Shown here: in pieces, positions 1 to 12,685 of the stretch | Layout: the number at the start of each line of letters is the position of its first letter | How positions within the stretch are numbered: position 1 is the stretch's first letter | Source of the DNA: Lentisphaerota bacterium | GTDB taxonomy: Bacteria > Verrucomicrobiota > Lentisphaeria > Victivallales > Victivallaceae | DNA length: 64,000 bases | Direction: 5' to 3' | Assembly (NCBI GenBank): GCA_037144075.1 | Contig: JBAWXM010000001.1 | Location: 910 to 64,909 of the forward strand | Made by a program: the position numbers and the translations under genes | The notes under the pieces: model-generated | The model's input: only the letters and a program-made list of their open reading frames with translations | The model's database searches: none | Told to the model about the DNA's origin: nothing

Positions 1-6
1 GATGAG

Positions 7-1677
7 TTGAAGAATAGACAGCCGCCTGCATCAGAGGCTGAAAAGGCGACTGCGGCCTGCAAAATTATAACACAAATGCAGACCATAATCGCCTTTGCCG
101 GCCCGGTTATCGCATTTGGCGCCGCCCAGCAGGCGGCCAAGAACAACGGCGTCAATATTTATGACTATCAGAAGCAATCCTCATCATCCGGCATGAACAA
201 CACGGTCAAGCAGGTGCAACTGGACGCCCTTAGCTACTATAATAATCTGGATATTAGTACCGCTACCGGGGAAATGCGTTACGGGGACGCATACCGGAAT
301 GGCATTGACGGCCGCTATCCCGGCTGGTGGGATGATTATCGCGGCATGCTGAAATCAGTGATCGATCAGGGCGTGGTAGTGCTTCCCAATGTCCGTATCG
401 GCATTGAAAGAGTTACGCCTTACGCGTTCAAAGACCGCATGTTTTATAAAGCGATAGAAGGTGAATGGTGGTGTTATGTTCCGTTGCGTTCCCTGCTTAA
501 GCAGCCTGATTCCTACTGGTCCGGCAAGTGGTGGCAGCAGATTCAGTACGACAACCCGAATTTTACTGGTCAAAGTGAAATATACAGTCTCGGAATAACT
601 TTTGCGAAAGATGATGAAGACGGTACTTATTATAACCAGGCACCCCCCTCCTGTTGGGACTACTATTTAAGTAAAGCAATTCCAGGTTACACTCAGGAAT
701 GGATCAAAAATACGTCTGGAGTTAAACAGCAAATCACCTGGTGTCTTTATGACGGGAGCTGGGGTTGGAATTCTGATAGAGAAGGTGAGATGCTTTCATG
801 GAACAGATCGCAAGGCGGATATCTGAGAGGCGAACTGGCAGACAACGTAAAGTATGACGGCGCGGTGGCTTATGCTGAATGCAGTCAGACCATTAACCTG
901 GTCAACAGTTTTGAATCAAAAATGGATGCTCCGACAGCCACCGAGGCAAATGCCTCGCTGAAAGGCAGTGTTCCTTCTCCGATCCGGACCAGAAGCGATA
1001 CGATTATCAATAACGGAGTTCCGGTTGGGAATGACTCGTCCCGGGACGGTTATCCCGCCGGCGTGATTGCCCGGGCGCTGGGGGAACTTAAACCATCCGG
1101 CAGCAAGTTGAAGCCTACTGATGCGCAAATCATTCTCCCTGCATTTAACAATGTTGCTCTTTTTCCGATCGCCATGTTTGCTGACAATATCAATTTATTG
1201 CGGAACACCGATGATCCGTTAAGCGCATTTATCATCTGGCTGAAAAGCGCGGATGATCTTTACACCCCAGCGGTTGCGCCGCCTGCCGGATCGCAGTTAT
1301 ATTGGGAGGCGGTTAAAAAACTTGATACAGAATCTTTCCGCAGAAGCGGTTATAATAATAAATTTGTCGCGGGTTCAGTCTCCAATGATGCGTATTTTTC
1401 TGACGCATACAAATACAGCGCCGGCAATCCCGACGGGGCAGGGTGGCTGCAGCAGGCATATATTTTTATTGATAGCGACCCTAAATACGCGGATGATCTG
1501 GTTAATAAAACCAAGACGGACAAATACAACTCCAATTATTTAAGATATTACAATATGAATTTTTACATTGTTATAGATAAAAGCGGTAAAGTCCGGACTA
1601 ATGAGCAGCAGCGCTGCGGAGGCGGATATGTGCCGTCGCCTTATTCAGGGCCCAGATCCGGTCCGCCAAGATTTTGA
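7..1677 (+). CDS. Hypothetical Trp/Tyr-rich protein, possibly 5'-truncated by the window edge; lies directly upstream of TadE-like genes
   Basis: 556-aa ORF from the track starting on TTG 6 nt from the window edge, so the true start is uncertain. Its stop overlaps the next ORF. I recognise no catalytic or family motif. The sequence is rich in W/Y/N/D. Confidence 0.4.
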   Translation: MKNRQPPASEAEKATAACKIITQMQTIIAFAGPVIAFGAAQQAAKNNGVNIYDYQKQSSSSGMNNTVKQVQLDALSYYNNLDISTATGEMRYGDAYRNGIDGRYPGWWDDYRGMLKSVIDQGVVVLPNVRIGIERVTPYAFKDRMFYKAIEGEWWCYVPLRSLLKQPDSYWSGKWWQQIQYDNPNFTGQSEIYSLGITFAKDDEDGTYYNQAPPSCWDYYLSKAIPGYTQEWIKNTSGVKQQITWCLYDGSWGWNSDREGEMLSWNRSQGGYLRGELADNVKYDGAVAYAECSQTINLVNSFESKMDAPTATEANASLKGSVPSPIRTRSDTIINNGVPVGNDSSRDGYPAGVIARALGELKPSGSKLKPTDAQIILPAFNNVALFPIAMFADNINLLRNTDDPLSAFIIWLKSADDLYTPAVAPPAGSQLYWEAVKKLDTESFRRSGYNNKFVAGSVSNDAYFSDAYKYSAGNPDGAGWLQQAYIFIDSDPKYADDLVNKTKTDKYNSNYLRYYNMNFYIVIDKSGKVRTNEQQRCGGGYVPSPYSGPRSGPPRF

Positions 1678-1691
1678 AGGAATTACAGGCT

Positions 1692-2351
1692 ATGAAAAAT
1701 ATAAAACAGCAGCAGGGCCAGGCGATTGTTGAAATGTGCGTTGGCATAATTGCCATTATGGCGGTTTTTCTGGGGCTGGTTTTTGTCGGCGGCATTGGCA
1801 TTACCAGCATTCAGACCCTGCTTGGCAACAAATCCGCTACGGAAATAACGTCCAGAGCAACCAATCAAGGCGGACAGGGATCCAATATATATGCATGGGA
1901 TTACGGCGATCAGGCAAACACGAAACCGGAAGCAGACGAATTCCAGGGACATCGACTGTTTACTCAGTCCAGCCGCCGCGACGACCTGGCGTTCACCCCG
2001 GATGACAAGATAATCGCCAATTCCGACCAGCCGGATCAGGCTTTTCAAAACCCGTTCAGCCTGATGAATCTTATGTTGAAGACAGATTTCAGCGAAGACA
2101 ACAAGTTACGGGATATACCAGCTTCAAGTTCAGGTTCAAGCGCATTTTATTTCCTGGGCGCGGCCAATCTGGTCAGCAGTCAGGGCACCGCAGGCAATGC
2201 CATATTTACGCTTGGAAAACAGGATGCTGATACTGCGGCAGGCATGAAACAGACATTCTCATCGCTTTTTGGCGTCAATGTGAATATGAATTTGCAATAT
2301 CCAGCCAATCAAGTCTATTATCCGGCCACCGGCAGCGCCGCAGGCAACTAA
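1692..2351 (+). CDS. TadE-like (Flp-pilus pseudopilin-type) protein
   Basis: The N-terminus MKNIKQQQGQAIVEMCVGIIAIMAVFLGLVFVGG has Gly followed by E at +5 and a hydrophobic helix, as in TadE/TadF-type pseudopilins. I prefer the ATG at 1692 over the TTG at 1674 in the track. It is a paralogue of 2652-3260. Confidence 0.5.
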   Translation: MKNIKQQQGQAIVEMCVGIIAIMAVFLGLVFVGGIGITSIQTLLGNKSATEITSRATNQGGQGSNIYAWDYGDQANTKPEADEFQGHRLFTQSSRRDDLAFTPDDKIIANSDQPDQAFQNPFSLMNLMLKTDFSEDNKLRDIPASSSGSSAFYFLGAANLVSSQGTAGNAIFTLGKQDADTAAGMKQTFSSLFGVNVNMNLQYPANQVYYPATGSAAGN

Positions 2352-2391
2352 ATACAGGGGGGCGGAAGTGAATCGAACAGGGAATTGTATT

Positions 2392-2426
2392 AACAGGGAT
2401 AGACAGGATAGACAGGATAAGAAAAG
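2392..2426 (+). repeat. Short interspersed repeat family A (AACAGGGATAGACAGGATAGACAGGATAAGAAAAG)
   Basis: The same motif recurs at 63742-63776. A degenerate version is at 10532-10554. All copies are intergenic and on the + strand. Confidence 0.7.
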
Positions 2427-2651
2427 TATTTATTTTTCCGTGTTTTTAGGAGTTGTAAAGAAATAAGTGGTTTTATACTGAGGGTATCGGGGAGAAATTT
2501 TTGGGTTGCCGGAGAGGAGCAAAGCCATAGCGTTGTAACGAACCGGCAAAGCCGAAAGTGCCACCGGGGCTCCAGTAGAAAGTACCAGTTATTTTTGAAC
2601 GACTCCTTAATGGTAAAATCTGTGGTCAATCAAATAATTTCGGGAAAAAGC

Positions 2652-3260
2652 ATGAATAAAATGAAACATTCGCAGGAAGGCCAGGCAATCATTGAAATGT
2701 GTGTTTGCGTGATTGCCATCCTGGTTGTTTTCCTGGGACTGATTTTTGTCGGCGGACTGGGAATATCCAACATGCAGAATTTAATTAAAGCTAAAGCCAG
2801 CGCCGAAACGCATTCCCGGGTATCGGACAAATCCTGGGACAGCGACGATATTTTCGCATGGGATTATCGCAGCCAGCAGCAGCAGCAGCGCCAGACTACC
2901 GAGCCGGATTTTTTTCCAGGCAGCCATCTTTTCTATAACAGCCGGGTCGGCGGTATCAACCCGTTTGCTGCAGACCGCGCGATAGTAGGCAATGTCAATG
3001 CCGTCAACCCCAGACCGGTTGCGCCTCCGGTTCCTGACGACTTTCAGAGTACGTTTCTCCGGGAACTGAGTCCCTCAAATCAGGCTAGAAAAAATGAAGC
3101 TGCGGCTGGCGGCATTTCCCGCAATATTCCCCCGTTGTTTGTCGGCGCCGAGGAAGTTACCGGCGGCAAGGAACCGGAAGAGTCGGCATTCCCTGACATG
3201 ATAGAGAGCGACGGACTCAAGGAAAAGTCCGGCAGAAATACCAAGCCCGCCGCGAAGTAA
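2652..3260 (+). CDS. TadE-like pseudopilin-type protein (paralogue of 1692-2351)
   Basis: MNKMKHSQEGQAIIEMCVCVIAILVVFLGLIFVGG has the same G-x4-E plus hydrophobic helix. It shares the IFAWDY/IYAWDY block with the upstream paralogue. The ATG at 2652 is preferred over the TTG at 2595. Confidence 0.5.
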   Translation: MNKMKHSQEGQAIIEMCVCVIAILVVFLGLIFVGGLGISNMQNLIKAKASAETHSRVSDKSWDSDDIFAWDYRSQQQQQRQTTEPDFFPGSHLFYNSRVGGINPFAADRAIVGNVNAVNPRPVAPPVPDDFQSTFLRELSPSNQARKNEAAAGGISRNIPPLFVGAEEVTGGKEPEESAFPDMIESDGLKEKSGRNTKPAAK

Positions 3261-3273
3261 AAGAATACAGGAT

Positions 3274-3480
3274 TTAACCACAAAGACACAAAGGCACAAA
3301 GAAATCCATTTTTTATTATGAAGAGCCGGATGAGGTTAAGGCAGATGAATAATATTTTCAGTGTTTTTCAGAGTGTTCCGCGGTTGAAGACGGTTTTTGA
3401 TTTTTACCTGAAAAAAGTTTTCTCTGTGTCTTGCTAACTCTCGGGTTAGTCCCGCGACTGCGGGATGTGTTTGTGGTTAA
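3274..3480 (+). mobile_element. MITE-like ~207-nt element, left copy, abutting the carbonic anhydrase stop codon
   Basis: It is the near-perfect reverse complement of 4438-4643 (about 4 mismatches by manual alignment). Its own ends are inverted: TTAACCACAAAGACAC ... GTGTTTGTGGTTAA. It contains an internal hairpin CCCGCGACTGCGGG. Confidence 0.75.
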
Positions 3481-4239
3481 TTACGGCTGGAAGAATTCGA
3501 TTTTGCCGCTTTCAAGGTCAGCGTAAGCTCCGACAATTTTCAGTTTGCCGGAAGCCGCCATTTTTCTGAGCGGCTCACTGCTTTGCAGCATTGCCCGGCA
3601 GACCAGCCGGATATTTTCTTTGTCGGCGTCGTCAATCAGTCTGTCTTCGGTAATGTTGGGGTCTTTTTTCCCGGCAATCAGAACTGCCGGGATCAGGCTG
3701 CACACTACGGAATTCAGCGCCGGCGTTGTGTTGCTTTCTGGCTGGCGCATAAGTTTTACCGCCGCCGTGACGGCGCCGCAGGAATGGTGTCCCATTACCA
3801 CGATCAACCGGCTTGTGGAGTGAAGCGCGGCATATTCAATGCTGCCAAGCGTGTCGGGGAATAGTTGATTGCCGGCATTCCGCACGACAAACAACTGTCC
3901 AAGTCCGGCGTCGAAAAATATTTCCGGCGGAAAACGTGAATCCGAACATGCAAGAATAGTGGCGAAAGGGGACTGCCCGTTGAGCAGTATTTTGCGTACG
4001 TCCTGGCCGACGCCAGGATCTTTCAGCCTGTTCGCCGTTGCATATCGCCGGTTTCCGGCTTTCAGCATTTCAAGCGCTTTTTCCGGCTGGATGACCACGA
4101 CATTCTGTCCGCCATTTTCCAAAAGCGCCGCGGCGTCTTTATCATTTTTCTGCTGGCGATTGAAATAAAGAGCCGCAAAAACAATAAGTCCGAGGACGGC
4201 TGTAACTATAAAAAAAACTGTAAGATTAGTTCTGCGCAT
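3481..4239 (-). CDS. Beta-class carbonic anhydrase with N-terminal membrane anchor/signal
   Basis: CSDSR ... VVRNAGN ... GHHSCGAV are the beta-CA zinc-ligand motifs (C-x-D-x-R, H-x-x-C). The N-terminal hydrophobic segment is LTVFFIVTAVLGLIVFAALYF. Confidence 0.9.
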   Translation of the reverse strand: MRRTNLTVFFIVTAVLGLIVFAALYFNRQQKNDKDAAALLENGGQNVVVIQPEKALEMLKAGNRRYATANRLKDPGVGQDVRKILLNGQSPFATILACSDSRFPPEIFFDAGLGQLFVVRNAGNQLFPDTLGSIEYAALHSTSRLIVVMGHHSCGAVTAAVKLMRQPESNTTPALNSVVCSLIPAVLIAGKKDPNITEDRLIDDADKENIRLVCRAMLQSSEPLRKMAASGKLKIVGAYADLESGKIEFFQP

Positions 4240-4262
4240 AATTTAGCAAGCTCCTGCAAAAA

Positions 4263-4298
4263 CAGAATTCAGGAGGAAGGAGTCAGGAGCCAGAATTG
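4263..4298 (+). repeat. Short interspersed repeat family D (CAGAATTCAGGAG...GTCAGGAGCCAGAATTG)
   Basis: A related AGTCAGAATTCAGAATTCAGGAGTCAGAATGG block occurs at 23688-23721. Confidence 0.5.
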
Positions 4299-4437
4299 AA
4301 GGCATAAAATTCTCCATCTTGAAATTATGAAATGTCATTGCTGTTGTCTTCATCTAGTTGTTTTATCCTCATCTTTATTATTTTTTTATAAAATAGACTC
4401 AATAACCTTAAAAAGCAATCTGAACCTGAGAACTTTA

Positions 4438-4643
4438 TAACCACAGAGATATCCCGCAGTCGCGGGACTAACCCGAGAGTTAGCAAGACACAGAGAAAAC
4501 TTTTTTCAGGTAAAAATCAAAAACCGTCTTCAACCGCGGAACACTCTGAAAAACACTGAAAATATTATTCATCTGCCTTAACCTCATCCGGCTCTTCATA
4601 ATAAAAAATGGATTTCTCTGTGCCTTTGTGTCTTTGTGGTTAA
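4438..4643 (-). mobile_element. MITE-like ~206-nt element, right copy (inverted relative to 3274-3480)
   Basis: It is the reverse complement of the left copy and ends 5 nt before the AraC gene stop codon. The track ORF 4480-4722 inside it is considered spurious. Confidence 0.75.
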
Positions 4644-4648
4644 TAAAT

Positions 4649-5512
4649 TCATCCCCTCTTTCCCTGGCGGAAGTGCACCGGTGAAGTGCCGATATACCGC
4701 TTGAATTGAGCTGAAAATTCATAAGGGGAGGAATAGCCCAGCCTGGCCGCTATTTCCGCGACCGGAATGCCGGGGCTGCCGAGCATTCCGCAGGCCATGT
4801 CCAGCCGGCGCCGGATCCGGTACTGCCACGGCGATATGCCGCAGCGCTCTTTAAACATTTTCCTGAAGTACTCATAACCCACTCCGTATTTCCGGCAGAA
4901 TTTGTTAAGGTCGCAATCCTGATCGAAATCGCTGCCGAGTATCCGGCAGGCCTCCTCAAAAACCAGCAGCCGGTCTTTCGCTTCCGGCGGCGCGTGCATC
5001 CTGCGGTGGCATTCGCCGAGCAGGCTTACTGCGCGTGAGACCAGTTCCGGCAGCATATCTTCATTCGCCGTTTTCAGCGCCTGGACAAAATCCCACACCT
5101 GCCATTTTAAATCGTCGTCCAGCGGCAGCGATGATACCGGCGAGCCGGCGCGGATAACCAGCATAGCGCTCAATGCCTGATACAGCAGCGGCCCCACTTC
5201 CAGGTAAAATTCGCTCCATTCGCTGTCCGGATCAACATAATTGGAATGAGACTTTTGCGGAAAACGCTGAAAACAGCTTCCCGGCCCCAACTGCCAGGTT
5301 TCGCCGTGGTCGTCAACGTAGCTGCCGCGGCCTTGCAGCGCCACCACCAGGACGTAGCGGGGAAAGCGAAAATTGACGTTGTCTGCCGTTACGCCGCCTT
5401 TGTACATGAATCCCGCGCCGATTCCTTCCCGCGAGCCGGTTCCGCCCATGGATCGGTATGCGGCTTCCCGATGCCTGGGAGGTACAAACGGAGTGTTTTT
5501 ACCATTTAACAT
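4649..5512 (-). CDS. AraC-family transcriptional regulator
   Basis: The C-terminal double HTH reads ...FCRKYGVGYEYFRKMFKERCGISPWQYR ... IAARLGYSSPYEFSAQFKRYIGTSPVHFRQ. It is divergent from the GH35/GH2 genes. Confidence 0.85.
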   Translation of the reverse strand: MLNGKNTPFVPPRHREAAYRSMGGTGSREGIGAGFMYKGGVTADNVNFRFPRYVLVVALQGRGSYVDDHGETWQLGPGSCFQRFPQKSHSNYVDPDSEWSEFYLEVGPLLYQALSAMLVIRAGSPVSSLPLDDDLKWQVWDFVQALKTANEDMLPELVSRAVSLLGECHRRMHAPPEAKDRLLVFEEACRILGSDFDQDCDLNKFCRKYGVGYEYFRKMFKERCGISPWQYRIRRRLDMACGMLGSPGIPVAEIAARLGYSSPYEFSAQFKRYIGTSPVHFRQGKRG

Positions 5513-5609
5513 ATCTTCATTACCATTAATGATATTTATTTAACTGAAAAATGACACTATATTCTATAAAATTCAAGTACCATTTTTATAATTATGCACG
5601 GATATTGTC

Positions 5610-10510
<4,901 letters not shown>

Positions 10511-10531
10511 AGAGGAAATGGATCGCATTTA

Positions 10532-10554
10532 AACAGGGCGGGCAGGATAAGAAA
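10532..10554 (+). repeat. Degenerate copy of repeat family A
   Basis: AACAGGGCGGGCAGGATAAGAAA lies immediately after the lacZ stop. Confidence 0.4.
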
Positions 10555-10598
10555 TGAATTAAAAGATCCTGTACGTCATGCATATTCATAAATGTATT

Positions 10599-11900
10599 TT
10601 AGTGTGGAACGATTGCGCCATGCGCCAGCAGCAGATTTTTAATGGAAGCGATATCGAGCTCCAATGAAGTTTTCTGCTGTCTGGCGGCCAGCGCCGCAAT
10701 CGCGCCGGCTGCCTGGCCTGTCGCCATGCAGGAAGCCTGCACCCGCAACGCCGAATTGGCTAACCGGTCGCTGGAAATACAACGTCCGGCGACCAGCAGC
10801 CGCCGGCTGCCGCGCGGTATCAGCGCACGCCGCGGAACTGTCGGTACCACGCCGGTTTCCAGCGGATGTCCCATCAAACCGGATGTTTTGTCGCAGCGGT
10901 GCAGATCCAGCTGATAAAATGCATAGCAGAGGGAATCATCCCAGCAACGGCCTGTGACATAATCATCAACCGTAATGGTGGCTTCTCCATCAATCACCGC
11001 GGTTTCGCGAATGCCGCACTGCGGAGCCATATATTCAAATTTCAGCATTTCCAGGCCGCGAAACTGCCTGAGGAAACGGTAAACGCGCAACACTGCCGCC
11101 CGGCCCAGACGTTCGACTATTGATTCGTCCATACTGGAAACCGCATCGGCTACTGGCACATGAATGCAATTTTCTCCATGGCATGACAGCAGATGCGCCA
11201 TTGATCTGGACATGCCGGTATCAAGATAACTCATTCTGCCGTCTGCAACGGCCTGCTTGTACGCGTTCTCCACTGCCGCCAGGTCAATAAGTTTCAGATC
11301 ATAACCGCCAAAGCGTACCATCGGCGTTCCCGGCTGCTTTTCAGTATTTTGTTTGATTCCGTACCCGGCCAAAGCGGTCAGGGTTGCATCGCCGGTGGCG
11401 TCAATAGCCGTATGGCAATGATATTCGACTGCTCCGGTTTTGGTCGCAACGGTAATTTTAACATGATCATCCAGCTCCTTTGCCGTTAACGGCATCGCAT
11501 GATAAAGCACGTCCACGCCGGAGGCGGTAAACGCCTCATCCAGCAGGCAGGCCCATAACGCCGGATTAACTTTAACTTGCAAATTCCAGTGCGGCAGATC
11601 ATAACGGCTGAAATCGGGCATAGCGCCATGTCCTTCGACAACCGCGGCGCTGACCAGTTCCCAGCCGATTCCTGAAATCACCTGTTTACCCCAGGCATGG
11701 AATAATCCGGGGAAATCAACTCCGCAAAGCGTTAAAGTTCCGCCCGGCATGCTGCTTTTTTCAATCAGCAGCGTTCTGGCTCCAGCTCTTGCGGCCTGCA
11801 GCGCCGCAATGCTTCCTGCCGATCCGGCGCCGGCCACGATCACATCGTAGCAATTATTCTTTTCGAGCATTTTTGCCCCGCTATTTAACATTCTGTCCAT
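10599..11900 (-). CDS. FAD-dependent oxidoreductase (GIDA/FAD_oxidored-like)
   Basis: The N-terminal Rossmann dinucleotide motif is YDVIVAGAGSAGSIAALQAARAGARTLLIEK. No signal peptide is seen. Confidence 0.7.
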   Translation of the reverse strand: MDRMLNSGAKMLEKNNCYDVIVAGAGSAGSIAALQAARAGARTLLIEKSSMPGGTLTLCGVDFPGLFHAWGKQVISGIGWELVSAAVVEGHGAMPDFSRYDLPHWNLQVKVNPALWACLLDEAFTASGVDVLYHAMPLTAKELDDHVKITVATKTGAVEYHCHTAIDATGDATLTALAGYGIKQNTEKQPGTPMVRFGGYDLKLIDLAAVENAYKQAVADGRMSYLDTGMSRSMAHLLSCHGENCIHVPVADAVSSMDESIVERLGRAAVLRVYRFLRQFRGLEMLKFEYMAPQCGIRETAVIDGEATITVDDYVTGRCWDDSLCYAFYQLDLHRCDKTSGLMGHPLETGVVPTVPRRALIPRGSRRLLVAGRCISSDRLANSALRVQASCMATGQAAGAIAALAARQQKTSLELDIASIKNLLLAHGAIVPH

Positions 11901-12012
11901 TAATTGTAAATTCCGGAATGCGGCAATTTATTTATGAAAATTCCATCCAGGCATTGTTTATGAAATAATTAAAATAGACGAATTCTATTCAATAAAAAGG
12001 GAGAAATCGCGA

Positions 12013-12639
12013 TTAATAATATATTTGTTTTTTGATGATCTCAAAAATATATTCGTGACCTTTGTGATTTGGGTGTATACCGTCGTGCAGCAGTTTAAAA
12101 TGCTCGTTGTTATTCTGCTCAAGAACGTCTTTTGACCAGATTGCATGTATGTCAATCAATTCAATATTGCAAGCCTCCCCGGCCTGCTTGACTATGTCTA
12201 TATATTCAGGCAGGAGTTCCCTGCGGCGTATACAATCTATGCCGCATGCATAATCCAGAGGATTTTGAGACAGCAGCAACAGCGGAATTTGGCTGTTCCG
12301 GCAAAACATGCACAGCTTGTTGAGCGCTGATTTAAATTGCTCCTGACCGGCTTTGCCGCGGCCGGAATCATTCATGCCGTACATTGCGGTGACAAAGTCC
12401 GGTTTGAACCGCCGGATCTTGTCAATGGCAAAGTTTGCGTCATCACTTAAAGAGCTGCCGCTGACAGCGGAATTTATAATGGTATATTTCCTTTTGGAAT
12501 ACGCATCACGTAACAGCTGGTCAAAATGCTGAAGGTAATTGTCATAGCCTTCAGTACAATGATTATACTCTGTTATGCTGTCGCCCAGCGCCAGCCAGAC
12601 AAAATATTCAGAGTTTTCTATAAGTTTTTTCAGATTCAT
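12013..12639 (-). CDS. SGNH/GDSL-family hydrolase (putative carbohydrate esterase)
   Basis: Block I is LALGDSITE, there is a GMND block, and block V is DGIHPN. Confidence 0.75.
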   Translation of the reverse strand: MNLKKLIENSEYFVWLALGDSITEYNHCTEGYDNYLQHFDQLLRDAYSKRKYTIINSAVSGSSLSDDANFAIDKIRRFKPDFVTAMYGMNDSGRGKAGQEQFKSALNKLCMFCRNSQIPLLLLSQNPLDYACGIDCIRRRELLPEYIDIVKQAGEACNIELIDIHAIWSKDVLEQNNNEHFKLLHDGIHPNHKGHEYIFEIIKKQIYY

Positions 12640-12685
12640 AATATTTCTTACGGCTTATCCAGTCTGCATTTATGAAAAATGAAGG

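Noticed and set aside
4480-4722. 80-aa ORF (…HKDTKAQRNPFF…) near the AraC gene end.
   Set aside because: It lies almost wholly within the right MITE-like arm, and its mirror image exists in the left arm. It is a repeat-derived ORF.
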